A DNA stretch of 32,000 nt from contig NZ_CP007496.1 of the NCBI RefSeq assembly GCF_000803625.1, positions 210,001 to 242,000 on the forward strand, read 5' to 3'. The notes under the pieces are model-generated. The model saw only the letters and a list, made by a program, of their open reading frames with translations, made no database searches and was not told where the DNA came from. The position numbers and the translations under genes were made by a program. The stretch comes from Candidatus Nanosynbacter lyticus (GTDB lineage: Bacteria > Patescibacteriota > Saccharimonadia > Saccharimonadales > Saccharimonadaceae). Shown here piece after piece: positions 1 through 9,076 of the stretch (its first letter is position 1; each line of letters starts with the position of its first letter).

Positions 1-12
1 TAGATACTAGAT

Positions 13-51
13 ATGAAAAAGCAAATTGGGTTTAAGGAGATAAAAGATTGA
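13..51 (+). CDS. possible 12-codon micro-ORF (MKKQIGFKEIKD) whose TGA overlaps the downstream TTG start
   Basis: ATG at 13, in-frame TAG at 1-3, TGA at 49-51 overlapping TTG at 48-50; it contains the SD (AAGGAGA) of the next gene. Close to the window edge. Confidence 0.25.
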   Translation: MKKQIGFKEIKD

Positions 52-665
52 CAAAAAATAGACCTGAGTTTGATAAAATTACATCGTTTGACGAGTTTAA
101 TAAATATTATTGGTATCGTGAAGAAATTTCACAGATATGCAGGTCACTAGGATTAGAATATAGCGGTACAAAACAAGAACTCAATCACATTATTGAACAG
201 TACTTTAAGGGTAATGTAATTAAGAAATCATCAATAAAAAATGAGAAGAAACAAGTTGAAAATATTACTCTAGATACGCCATTACTTGAATGTGGTTTTT
301 CTTTTAACGCAAAATTCAGAGAATATTTCTCCATTGTAACAGATATTTCACCTTTTAAATTTACTGCTGATATGGCAACAGCTTGGCGAAAAGTAAAAAG
401 AGAAAAGGATGGCAAATTTACAATCAAAGATTTGCTAAAGGTGTATTATGGCGAATCAGATTATGCCAAGTATGATAATTCGGTTTGTCAATGGAATCAA
501 TTCTTAAAGGATTTCTGTGCAGATGAAAATAGCCGCAACTATTCGAATAAATTAAAAGTAGCTTCTATCCTTTGGAAAGAAGTCAGAAATTCAAGAAATG
601 AAAAGATTTATTCAAAGAGTCTTTTGACTGAATATGCCGGTAAAATAAAAGAGTATCACAATTAG
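48..665 (+). CDS. SAP domain-containing protein (DUF6434-like)
   Basis: 205-aa ORF; N-terminal RPEFDKI..FDEFNKYYWYREEISQICRSLGLEYSGTKQELNHII resembles SAP/DUF6434 proteins; SD AAGGAGA upstream of the TTG start. Confidence 0.55.
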   Translation: MTKNRPEFDKITSFDEFNKYYWYREEISQICRSLGLEYSGTKQELNHIIEQYFKGNVIKKSSIKNEKKQVENITLDTPLLECGFSFNAKFREYFSIVTDISPFKFTADMATAWRKVKREKDGKFTIKDLLKVYYGESDYAKYDNSVCQWNQFLKDFCADENSRNYSNKLKVASILWKEVRNSRNEKIYSKSLLTEYAGKIKEYHN

Positions 666-784
666 ATAATCCCCAACGTGTTAACACCCAATGAGTAGTT
701 AATTATGGATATTGGAAAGACAGAATATACTGTAGGTGAAATGGTATCAGCTATCTGGCGTTCGGGTGTAGTATAATGACTCTC

Positions 785-1267
785 ATGACAAAAACCACCA
801 AAGGACATATCATCACGCAGAATTTAGATGGCACCGATCATCTGGATTGTCTGTATCGCATCTCGCTCAAAGCCTTGATTTATAACGACGCTGGGCAGAT
901 TTTGGTTGTTAAGGAAATTGATCGGACGTATTGGGATTTGCCGGGTGGTGGCATGGATTTTGGCGAGACGATTGAATCGTCGCTGAAACGCGAACTGTAC
1001 GAAGAGGTTGGCTACGAGGGCGGTTTGCGCTATCAACTGTTTGACGCGTCGGACGAGATGTATATTGAGCGGATTGATGCTAATCAAATCTGTTTTTATT
1101 GCCGTGTCTGGCCGGATAATTTTGACTTTGCGCCAGGTGAAGAGGGTGACGAAGTAATGTTTATCGACCCTGAGGAGTTGTTGATCCAGGAAAGTGAGGT
1201 TGACGCGCCAGCTCGAGCCTATGGGGTGCATATGAAATGGCAGGAGCTGTGCAGCTTAAAGAGTTAG
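785..1267 (+). CDS. NUDIX hydrolase
   Basis: Nudix box GGGMDFGETIESSLKRELYEEVGYEG fits GX5EX7REUXEEXGU. Start moved from 776 to ATG 785 because TATAAT (772-777) overlaps the first ATG. Confidence 0.85.
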   Translation: MTKTTKGHIITQNLDGTDHLDCLYRISLKALIYNDAGQILVVKEIDRTYWDLPGGGMDFGETIESSLKRELYEEVGYEGGLRYQLFDASDEMYIERIDANQICFYCRVWPDNFDFAPGEEGDEVMFIDPEELLIQESEVDAPARAYGVHMKWQELCSLKS

Positions 1268-1317
1268 CCAGTAGAGTAGCATTGACTTTTATACTATAAT
1301 AGTATAGAATATAAATC

Positions 1318-1905
1318 ATGGAAAGTCTTAAAGGCGGTGTATCTTTTAAGGTTAATTTTATTAATTCTGGCGATAATCCGGGAAATTCTTCTGGCGAAAG
1401 TCAGCGCCTGATAGGAATTTATAATGGCGATTGGTCTTTGGGGAGGAGCGGTGCTGTAAATGCGTCTATGGCGTTTGCCAGGAGGGAGGGTGATATACGT
1501 AGTCACGGCAATTTGATAGAGAGACTTTACGGATTGGGTGAGCGTTCGGCTCGAGTGTCATTGTCGAAGTGCTTAGACGCTGTCGATCTAGTGGAGGCTG
1601 ATGGACGATTGATTGCTGACCCTGTGTCGTACGGAGGACTTAGTGCTTTATATAGAAAGATAGGAGTAAGGCTTATTGCTCCGGATTCAATGGGTGAACA
1701 GGAAAGGGTAAGTGCTATTCGAATTGCTTTATCTGTTGGCGTCGTGGCTTTACGTTGCGCAGGTCTACCTCTGGAAGAATTAAAAGAATCTCCAGCCAAG
1801 CATTTTTGTCCAGATGAAGTAGACAAGTTGGTTTCTTGTTTTCATGGCAATGTAGATTTTGGCAGAGAATGGGGAGATATTAAGAGGGTAGTTACAGGAC
1901 CGTAG
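1318..1905 (+). CDS. hypothetical protein (orphan, first of a pair)
   Basis: 195-aa ORF directly behind TTGACT(1282-1287)-17-TAGAAT(1305-1310); no family recognised. Confidence 0.6.
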   Translation: MESLKGGVSFKVNFINSGDNPGNSSGESQRLIGIYNGDWSLGRSGAVNASMAFARREGDIRSHGNLIERLYGLGERSARVSLSKCLDAVDLVEADGRLIADPVSYGGLSALYRKIGVRLIAPDSMGEQERVSAIRIALSVGVVALRCAGLPLEELKESPAKHFCPDEVDKLVSCFHGNVDFGREWGDIKRVVTGP

Positions 1906-1926
1906 CATATCTCTAAGGTTTAATAT

Positions 1927-2415
1927 ATGAAAAAATCTAAGAATTACGGTGCCAGAGTTGAAATTGATAGTCTTATTAATGGTGAGGTTGATAATAATTC
2001 ACTTTTTACTCTATTGACGGATTTAAAAATCAGAGAAGATGTTTTTGATATGCGTATATTATTGGCTAGTCGTAGTAGTAAATGTACAGGACACGAGGCG
2101 TTGGCTGATAAGCATCTTGCTAGTCGATCCACGTCTATAGGATCGCCGCATGAATTTCCTTACGATAGGACTGAGTTGCGCAGTTGGCGGGATGAGCTTG
2201 GTATATCTTCTGCTGGGGGATTAAAGGGGAGATTTAGGGGTGGCGATACTTACTTCTCTTCAAATAAAGCTGAGTATTTTATGAGGCGAGTAGCCGCTGT
2301 TGCTGTCGGACTTTGCTTGGAAATTCCCTTGCCAAAACTTGATTCTGCTATGGAATTTTCAGCCGAAGAATTGGAAGAAGCCTGGCCAAGATTCAAAGGC
2401 TCAATTTACATTTAA
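1927..2415 (+). CDS. hypothetical protein (orphan, second of a pair)
   Basis: 162-aa ORF 21 nt downstream of the previous gene, same strand; weak C-terminal resemblance to it (VxxxVxVxL...LPxxxL...FxxEE). Confidence 0.55.
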   Translation: MKKSKNYGARVEIDSLINGEVDNNSLFTLLTDLKIREDVFDMRILLASRSSKCTGHEALADKHLASRSTSIGSPHEFPYDRTELRSWRDELGISSAGGLKGRFRGGDTYFSSNKAEYFMRRVAAVAVGLCLEIPLPKLDSAMEFSAEELEEAWPRFKGSIYI

Positions 2416-2439
2416 TATTGTCGTTGTTATAATAACCAT

Positions 2440-3108
2440 ATGCATATTATTCTTGGTGGGACGAGCGGGCTTGGTCTGGAGATGGCCAAGCAATTGCGTA
2501 AACGTGGCGAGCGAGTATTGGTGTTAGGCAAAACTCACGACTCGCAAAAGCATGGTGAAGGTTTTCCTCTGGATGTTTATTATGCAGATCAAGTGGAGGC
2601 GTCTTTTTCGCGAATTGAGCAGATTTTAAATGGTGATGATATTGAGCAATTTGTCTGGGCGGCAGGTTATGGCTGGCGCGGAAATTTTGAAGATCAGACA
2701 GACGCTCGCTCCATGGCAGAGGTGAATTTTTCTGGCGCTTTACCGCTGGTGCAATGGGCTTGGCGTAAGATGTTGGATCAGAACCGCAAATCAGTCTTAA
2801 CGGTCATTGGGTCGACTAGCAGTATTAAGGCTCGATCTGATGAGGCTGTATATGTGGCCACCAAACACGCTCAGGCGGGGCTGGCGCGCAGTTTGGGAAT
2901 GCAGGCGGATGAACAGAAACTGCCAGTAAAAGTTGCGCTATTTCTGCCAGGTGCTATGAAAACACCGTTTTGGAATGGTCGGGATTTGCCGACTGATTAT
3001 GTATTTTTCAATGACCCAGCTAAAATTGCTACACATATAATTAATGCTGTCAATTGTCAACAGCAGCCATTTTTAGAATGGGCATTACCAAAAGGCACAT
3101 TGGTATAG
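2440..3108 (+). CDS. SDR-family oxidoreductase
   Basis: N-terminal Rossmann motif GGTSGLG and YxxxK motif (YVATK); TGTTATAAT located 6 nt before the ATG. Confidence 0.85.
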   Translation: MHIILGGTSGLGLEMAKQLRKRGERVLVLGKTHDSQKHGEGFPLDVYYADQVEASFSRIEQILNGDDIEQFVWAAGYGWRGNFEDQTDARSMAEVNFSGALPLVQWAWRKMLDQNRKSVLTVIGSTSSIKARSDEAVYVATKHAQAGLARSLGMQADEQKLPVKVALFLPGAMKTPFWNGRDLPTDYVFFNDPAKIATHIINAVNCQQQPFLEWALPKGTLV

Positions 3109-3135
3109 TTGTATCAAAGTGTTATAATTCAAGTC

Positions 3136-4155
3136 ATGATGACTAGTAGTTCGAATAGCGATTATTTTGGGGTAAAAGTTGTAGTTATTGGCGGCGGGAC
3201 CGGGAGTTTTACACTGCTGTCGGGTTTGAAAAAGTACACGCATAGCATTACGGCGCTAGTTAACATGGTTGACGATGGTGGATCAACTGGGTTGTTGCGT
3301 GATGAATTGGGTGTACTGCCAGCAGGAGATGTCAGGCAGTGCTTGGTGGCGCTGAGTACTTCGCCAAAGGTGCGCGACCTGTTTAATTATCGTTTCGATG
3401 AGGGTAGTATGAGGGGGCATGCATTTGGTAATTTGTTCATGGCAGCTCTGGAGAAAATGACAGGGAGTTTTGCCGAGGCAGTGGAGCTGGCAAGTGAAGT
3501 TCTGGGTGTTAACGGGCGAGTATATCCAATCACTCTGGATGATACGACGATGTCAATTAAGCTAAAAGACGGCACAATTGTTAACGGACAGCACGCAGCT
3601 GAATCATTACAAATCCCGCGCGGTGAGCGTCCGTGGCTGGAATTGAAACCACCAGCCGGCATTAACCCAAGGGCGCGTCAGGCGATTTTAGATGCAGATT
3701 TGGTGGTTATTGCACCGGGCCTTCTGTATGGTAGTTTGGCGCCAGCGCTGTTGGTACGCGGAGTAACTAGGGCGCTGGCGGAGACGAAGGCGAAGAAGGT
3801 ATATGTTTGTAATTTAGTGACTAAGCCAACACAGACTGATGGTTTTACGGTGGCGGATTTTGCAGATGAGATTGAGCGATTTTCAGGAGTGAATATGGAC
3901 TATGTGTTATATAACGATCATCGTCCGCCAGAAGAATTGATCAAAAAATATGCTCATGATGGTGAATATCTAGTGGAGTGGGATAAGGAACTATTAAAAA
4001 AGAAGCATTATTACGCGTCAGGCAAGCGGCTAATTGCTGACACTGTTTGGGTTAATAAAAACTCTGGCAGCGACCCATTGGCGGCTCAACGTAGCCTAAT
4101 CCGACACGACGCCGACAGGGTAGCGCGCGAGCTGATGCGGATTTATTTTGCCTAA
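3136..4155 (+). CDS. yvcK: YvcK/CofD-like family protein (gluconeogenesis factor type)
   Basis: VVVIGGGTGSFTLLSGLKKY...VNMVDDGGSTGLLRDELGVLPAGDVRQCLVALS. Start proposed at ATG 3136 (TGTTATAAT at 3120-3128), not 3109. Confidence 0.9.
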   Translation: MMTSSSNSDYFGVKVVVIGGGTGSFTLLSGLKKYTHSITALVNMVDDGGSTGLLRDELGVLPAGDVRQCLVALSTSPKVRDLFNYRFDEGSMRGHAFGNLFMAALEKMTGSFAEAVELASEVLGVNGRVYPITLDDTTMSIKLKDGTIVNGQHAAESLQIPRGERPWLELKPPAGINPRARQAILDADLVVIAPGLLYGSLAPALLVRGVTRALAETKAKKVYVCNLVTKPTQTDGFTVADFADEIERFSGVNMDYVLYNDHRPPEELIKKYAHDGEYLVEWDKELLKKKHYYASGKRLIADTVWVNKNSGSDPLAAQRSLIRHDADRVARELMRIYFA

Positions 4156-4201
4156 GCTTGCTATTGATTTTTAAAGCTTTGTGTGTTATAATAAACAAGT
4201 T

Positions 4202-5887
4202 ATGCGCGAACAAAATTCAAGTGTGTCGACTTCAACACAGGAAAGGCAGACGGATGCTGCGCATCTGGATCTGCTGAAACATGATATTCCTGAGAGTTGG
4301 TATCCGAGCCCTGAAGCACAGAAGCTTGTTGGCGTGCTCGAAGCGGATGTTGACAGAGAGAAGGGAGATGCGATCTATCACGCGTATCGCTCTTTGAAGA
4401 TACTTTCAACATTTTGCAAGACACTTGACCCTGAAAGGCGTCGCGCGATGGCTGATGCTATGTTGTTGCACGATATTCCTGGGCGTACGTTACACCGCGA
4501 GACTGATGAGAGGGCAAAACTGTCGGACCGTGTGCAAGAAGGCTGGAAAGAATATATCGCTCAGCTTGAGGACTCAGACAAATCAGTCATTGACTATATG
4601 CATGACCAGGTGGTTATCGGTACGGAAGCTCGTGATTATCGAGAGTCTATCAAACATCAGTCAAATGGGATAAGTGCACACGACAAAGAACAAATCATGA
4701 ATTCATCATATGAAGGCATGGTGAACGTGGCTGGTTGGCGTATGGGTATGCCGGAGATTCGCGGTACTGCTCTGGAAAAATTGGCAGGAGAGGTGAACAT
4801 TGAATCTCTGGTCATCAAAGCAGCAGAAATGATGGACAATCTCAAGAATCCACCCAAGCAGGATTCACAGCAGCTGCGCAATATTCTTGAAGCAGAATCA
4901 TTTTATTGTCCATTTTTGGAAGCGATTGGTTATGACGCGATGGCTGCAGAAATGGCCAGCACCTGTAACATCTATCGATTGCGTGGGCAAGGGCGCGAAG
5001 ACATCATCGACAAAGCCGTTGAAGCGTATCGTACGAATGCCGAAAAAGACCCAGCAGAATTGGCGATGCAGATGTTTGGTTTGTCTGAAAAGCCAGAAGT
5101 GAGTTGGATCGTTAATAAAACATCAGATGAAGTGTATAGCGGTGTTAATTGCCGTTTTGCTGAGTTGATGATACCTATAGCTGGTGCGTTGCGTCGAGTT
5201 TTATTCCGACAAAAATCCATCGGCTCAACCGCAAAGAAAATGTCGGTGAAGGGTGAGGGGTATGATATCATGGACGCGTTTGCCTTTCTTGTGATTTGCG
5301 ACGCGGGTGACGATACGTTTGATAGAAATCATCACTATGAGATGCGGGATGAGGAGATTGCAGAAATTCACGCAACGCAGACAGAAGACCTTGCCAAGGT
5401 ATTTTCATCATTCGTGGACACCATCACTGTCAATAACAATCTGCTTTTACGCTCAGGTGATGGTGTTAGCCAGCCGATTTATGTACAAGGCGACTCGACA
5501 TACGTCAACACGGTTCATGGTGCTTTGTCCTCGGCAAATAAAGCAGTCGTAAATCAGGAACTGAGGGAGGAAGAAACACCCTACCGTGTCTCGAGGGCCT
5601 CGGCGCTCGTTGGTCCTGAGGGGTTGCCAGTAGAAGTGCAGATCATGACTGACCTTGACCGAAAATTAGCAAGAACAGATGTTACAAGCCACGCAGTGTA
5701 TAAGAACAACGGCAATGATTCGTTGCGTTGGCTGCAGAAGCTACACAAGCGCGTGGAGCATATGAAATATGGTAAGGGTAACCCAATCTCAAGGGCAATG
5801 GGTAAAACTGCATTGACGGCTATCACCCGTGGTGTATATCCAGTCATGTTTGCGCCAAATGCACTCTACCGTAAGCGAGTACAGTAA
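4202..5887 (+). CDS. highly divergent RelA/SpoT-like protein (HD-like plus synthetase-like domain)
   Basis: LLHD motif; IKAAEMMDNLKN resembles the Rel HD-domain IKLADRLHNMR; KSIGSTAKKM..YDIMDAFAFLVICD resembles the synthetase core; GPEGLPVEVQIMTDLDRKLA...SHAVYKNNG resembles GPEGxPVEIQIRTxxMHxxAExGxAAHWxYK. Confidence 0.6.
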   Translation: MREQNSSVSTSTQERQTDAAHLDLLKHDIPESWYPSPEAQKLVGVLEADVDREKGDAIYHAYRSLKILSTFCKTLDPERRRAMADAMLLHDIPGRTLHRETDERAKLSDRVQEGWKEYIAQLEDSDKSVIDYMHDQVVIGTEARDYRESIKHQSNGISAHDKEQIMNSSYEGMVNVAGWRMGMPEIRGTALEKLAGEVNIESLVIKAAEMMDNLKNPPKQDSQQLRNILEAESFYCPFLEAIGYDAMAAEMASTCNIYRLRGQGREDIIDKAVEAYRTNAEKDPAELAMQMFGLSEKPEVSWIVNKTSDEVYSGVNCRFAELMIPIAGALRRVLFRQKSIGSTAKKMSVKGEGYDIMDAFAFLVICDAGDDTFDRNHHYEMRDEEIAEIHATQTEDLAKVFSSFVDTITVNNNLLLRSGDGVSQPIYVQGDSTYVNTVHGALSSANKAVVNQELREEETPYRVSRASALVGPEGLPVEVQIMTDLDRKLARTDVTSHAVYKNNGNDSLRWLQKLHKRVEHMKYGKGNPISRAMGKTALTAITRGVYPVMFAPNALYRKRVQ

Positions 5888-5904
5888 GTGTTATAATAGG
5901 GATA

Positions 5905-6330
5905 ATGACGACGTATTATACTGACGGTTCTGCTTCGCCAAATCCCGGTCCGGGCGGCTTCGCGGTGATCAAGGATCTTCAGCCGTGGATTTTGGGATCA
6001 GAAGAAGGTGATACGACCAATATACGCATGGAAGGCAAAGCTTTAATTGCAGCATTAAAAGACGCTAATGGTGCACCGTGCGTGATTTATACTGACAGCG
6101 AGTTTTGGATTAATGTTGTTACCAAGTGGGCGCCGGGCTGGCAGCAGCGTGGCTGGACAAAGAAGGGCGGCGAGATTAAAAATCTGGACATCGTCCAAGA
6201 ATTATATGAGCTGTATTCAAATTCGCAGGCGGAGCTGTGCTGGGTGCGTGGCCATGAAGGCGATGAAGGGAATGAGCTGGCGGATGAGTGGGCTAATCGA
6301 GCGCGTGAAGGCGAAAGATTGACAAAATAA
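5905..6330 (+). CDS. rnhA: ribonuclease HI family protein
   Basis: YYTDGSASPNPGPGGF, MEGKALIAAL, YTDSEFWIN and VRGHEGDEGNELADEWA match RNase H motifs. Confidence 0.85.
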   Translation: MTTYYTDGSASPNPGPGGFAVIKDLQPWILGSEEGDTTNIRMEGKALIAALKDANGAPCVIYTDSEFWINVVTKWAPGWQQRGWTKKGGEIKNLDIVQELYELYSNSQAELCWVRGHEGDEGNELADEWANRAREGERLTK

Positions 6331-6369
6331 CAGCTAGCGACATCTGATAAAAATTGCTATACTAGAAAA

Positions 6370-7347
6370 ATGGAAGAAGTGAGGGAAACGACTGATATTT
6401 TTTTGTGGGCGAATCAGACTGATGCGAAGAAGAACGATTTACAGATAGAGCTGTTCTTATTTAATAAAAATTACACGCCGTATGCTATGTCTCTAAAGGG
6501 CGATGTTGAGCAGCAGCTTCGACCGCTATTTTTGTTTGATTATATCAACCAGGTTAATTTGGGCGCCGGTACTGGTCTTAGTGTGCGGGATTATGAACTG
6601 AGCGAAGCGGAAGACAATGTGCTGCTGCGGACGGATCTCGGCAAGGTTGGCCGAGCGGAAACCTTGATTCATTTGATTGAGCATGAGCGCGGTGACATTG
6701 TGGAGTTTTCGGAAACTGAGCATGAGTTTAAGCGAATGAAAGGCGTGATAGCGCGGTTTACTGATCCGAATGATCCAGAAAAAATCTTTTACACCGCTAA
6801 ATTAATTCAGCAGGGACAGACGCTCAAAAGCGCGCTGGCGTGGGAGTTTTCTGATGGCAAGTTTGGCGCGTTTAAGGCGGAAGTTGGCTTTAAGGTGCCA
6901 GATGATAACCAGGTGCTGATCATCGGTCAGGATATATTAGCCTTTAATCCTTCGAAGTTTGAGCGGATGTTTGGCTATGAGTATAAGAAGCAGGTGATTG
7001 CCGATAAGAAGGTAGCGGAAATTGAAAAGCAATATAAGCTAAGTTTCCCCGAGGGCTTGGATCTTAACGCACTGGTCAAGGAGCGCAAAAAGACCATCAA
7101 TAAACTACAGAAATTGGAGATCGGCGAGGTCAAGCAAGAGCAGGTGTTAGACTATGCCGACGAGATGCAGCTGGAGCTAATGAGCGATGATAACGGCGCG
7201 ATTATCATCATGGATGGCAATGATCTGGATATGTTTGTGAACCTGATCAACGAGGACTACATTGAGAGCAAAATTACCGGCAAGCGCTACGAAATTAAAT
7301 CGAAAAAACTGTTGGGCGAGCCAGAAGGCGAACCGCCACGAGGTTAA
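6370..7347 (+). CDS. DUF4868 / Kiwa KwaB-like domain protein (tentative)
   Basis: 325 aa; the C-terminal block DNNQVLIIGQDILAFNPSKFERMFGYEYKKQ...LINEDYIESKITGKRYEIKSKKLL resembles the DUF4868/KwaB C-terminal pattern as I remember it. Not checked by HMM. Confidence 0.45.
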   Translation: MEEVRETTDIFLWANQTDAKKNDLQIELFLFNKNYTPYAMSLKGDVEQQLRPLFLFDYINQVNLGAGTGLSVRDYELSEAEDNVLLRTDLGKVGRAETLIHLIEHERGDIVEFSETEHEFKRMKGVIARFTDPNDPEKIFYTAKLIQQGQTLKSALAWEFSDGKFGAFKAEVGFKVPDDNQVLIIGQDILAFNPSKFERMFGYEYKKQVIADKKVAEIEKQYKLSFPEGLDLNALVKERKKTINKLQKLEIGEVKQEQVLDYADEMQLELMSDDNGAIIIMDGNDLDMFVNLINEDYIESKITGKRYEIKSKKLLGEPEGEPPRG

Positions 7348-7349
7348 GT

Positions 7350-8864
7350 ATGGATCAAGAATTGGCGCTGGCGATTTTGATGAGCGGTCGGTCGGCGCTG
7401 CTGACAGGTGCGGCCGGGACGGGCAAGACGCATCTGTTGAATACTTTTATTACACAGGCGCGTGACCGGGGTAAAAAGGTATCGGTAACAGCGACGACGG
7501 GCTTGGCGGCGACGTATTTAGGAGGCAATACCATTCATAGTTGGAGTGGTATTGGCGTCAGTGATTATTTGGCGAACAACTTTTTTGATCGGCTGTCAAA
7601 AACGCGGCGTGAGGTGATTATGAAGACTGATGTGCTGGTGATTGACGAGATTTCTATGCTGCATGATTTTCGGTTGGACATGGTCAATCAGGTATTGCGA
7701 GTCGTCAGGAAAAACGACCAGCCGTTTGGTGGTGTGCAGCTGGTGATGAGCGGTGATTTTTTCCAATTACCACCGATCAATCGTCCGGGCGAGCAGGGCG
7801 GCGGTTTCGTGGTGTATTCGGAGGTGTGGCAGGAGCTGCAGCCGGCGGTGTTGTATCTTGAGCGACAATATCGGCAGAGTGACGAGCAGCTGCTGGAGAT
7901 TTTGACAGCGCTGAGACATGACGATATTAGGCGACATCATGCTGAGACGTTGCTGGCGCGGACTGAAATTGAGCCGCCTCCAAACGAAGACATTACTGAG
8001 TTGCACACTGTGAACGTTGACGTAGATGATATCAATATCCAAAAATTGGCGAGTTTACCTGGAGAAGAGCGGTCGTATCAGCAGACGACGACGGGCTCAA
8101 AAATTTATGTTGATAATCTACAGAGGTCGGTTTTGGCGCCAGAAAATTTGGTGATTAAACAAGGTGCGTTGGTGATGGCGGTGAAAAATTCGCCGCAGAA
8201 ATTGTACGCCAACGGTAGTATCGGCACGGTAGTGGATTTTGAGCCGCTGACGGAATATCCAATTGTAGAGTTTCGTAACGGCCGGCAGGTGACTATGGTG
8301 CCGGATGTGTGGGAATTGCGTGACGGTGAGCGCAAGCGCGCTAGCATTTCACAGGTGCCGCTGCGGCTGGCGTGGGCTATAACCGTGCATAAAAGCCAGG
8401 GTATGACGCTGGACACGGCAAAAATTGACTTGAGAAAAGCGTTTGTTGAAGGTATGGGCTACGTGGCGCTGAGTCGGGTGCGTGATTTGGATAATTTGTA
8501 TTTGTATGGAATTAATCGTAAGGCGTTGGAAATTTCGCCAGATGCGCTGGCGATTGATGAGGTCCTGAGGCAGGCGAGTAACGAGGCGGTCGAGCATTAT
8601 CGTCCGATGTTGGATGAAATGAAGCGGAAACAGTCAGCGCCCAAAAAATCCGCCAAATCCGGCAGCTGGCAGCAAAAAATTGCCAAAATGCGTGAGACAT
8701 ATCCGAAGGCCTATATGCCATGGGAAAAAGCCGACGATAACATTCTCAAGCAAGACTTTATACAAGGAGCAACTATTGAGCAGCTTAGTAAAAAACTTGG
8801 ACGTCACGAAGGCTCGATTAGGATACGGTTACAGAAACATTTTGGGGAAGACACCGTAGCGTAG
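7350..8864 (+). CDS. PIF1-like / RecD-type SF1 helicase with C-terminal HTH
   Basis: Walker A LLTGAAGTGKTHLL, VLVIDEISML, GDFFQLPPI, AWAITVHKSQGMTLD, YVALSRV; C-terminal DNILKQDFIQGATIEQLSKKLGRHEGSIRIRLQKH. Confidence 0.85.
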   Translation: MDQELALAILMSGRSALLTGAAGTGKTHLLNTFITQARDRGKKVSVTATTGLAATYLGGNTIHSWSGIGVSDYLANNFFDRLSKTRREVIMKTDVLVIDEISMLHDFRLDMVNQVLRVVRKNDQPFGGVQLVMSGDFFQLPPINRPGEQGGGFVVYSEVWQELQPAVLYLERQYRQSDEQLLEILTALRHDDIRRHHAETLLARTEIEPPPNEDITELHTVNVDVDDINIQKLASLPGEERSYQQTTTGSKIYVDNLQRSVLAPENLVIKQGALVMAVKNSPQKLYANGSIGTVVDFEPLTEYPIVEFRNGRQVTMVPDVWELRDGERKRASISQVPLRLAWAITVHKSQGMTLDTAKIDLRKAFVEGMGYVALSRVRDLDNLYLYGINRKALEISPDALAIDEVLRQASNEAVEHYRPMLDEMKRKQSAPKKSAKSGSWQQKIAKMRETYPKAYMPWEKADDNILKQDFIQGATIEQLSKKLGRHEGSIRIRLQKHFGEDTVA

Positions 8865-8886
8865 CTTCAACTTGTATCAACACTAG

Positions 8887-8916
8887 ACTTTTCCACAAAA
8901 GTGTGGAAAAGTTTTT
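8887..8916 (+). terminator. intrinsic terminator after the helicase gene
   Basis: Perfect 11-bp stem ACTTTTCCACA (8887-8897) / TGTGGAAAAGT (8902-8912), AAAG loop, T-tract. Confidence 0.85.
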
Positions 8917-8954
8917 ATTTGACGCAAAAATGGGTAAAAAGTCATAAAAAGGGC

Positions 8955-8996
8955 TTGCAAGTGGGTAGTTGTGGGTAGTATAGTGGAGTCAGTGGA
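8955..8996 (+). promoter_or_regulatory. dcw promoter with overlapping MraZ-type boxes
   Basis: TTGCAA (8955-8960), 18-bp spacer, TATAGT (8979-8984); GTGGG at 8961 and 8971 with a 10-bp period, GTGG at 8983 and 8992 as weaker copies. Confidence 0.7.
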
Positions 8997-9076
8997 ACGA
9001 GAGTTGATGGCAATCACCAACGAAAAACAAACATCCACTATAAAAAACAACTAATCTACCACGGAGGAAGGACGAC

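Noticed and set aside
6370-8864. Calling this a bona fide Kiwa system
   Set aside because: No KwaA-like membrane protein adjacent, and the KwaB/DUF4868 assignment is from remembered motifs only; reported as a candidate module instead.
8891-8910. Inverted TTTTCCACA / TGTGGAAAA resembling a pair of DnaA boxes
   Set aside because: Fully explained as the stem of a strong intrinsic terminator with T-tract; no other origin features nearby.
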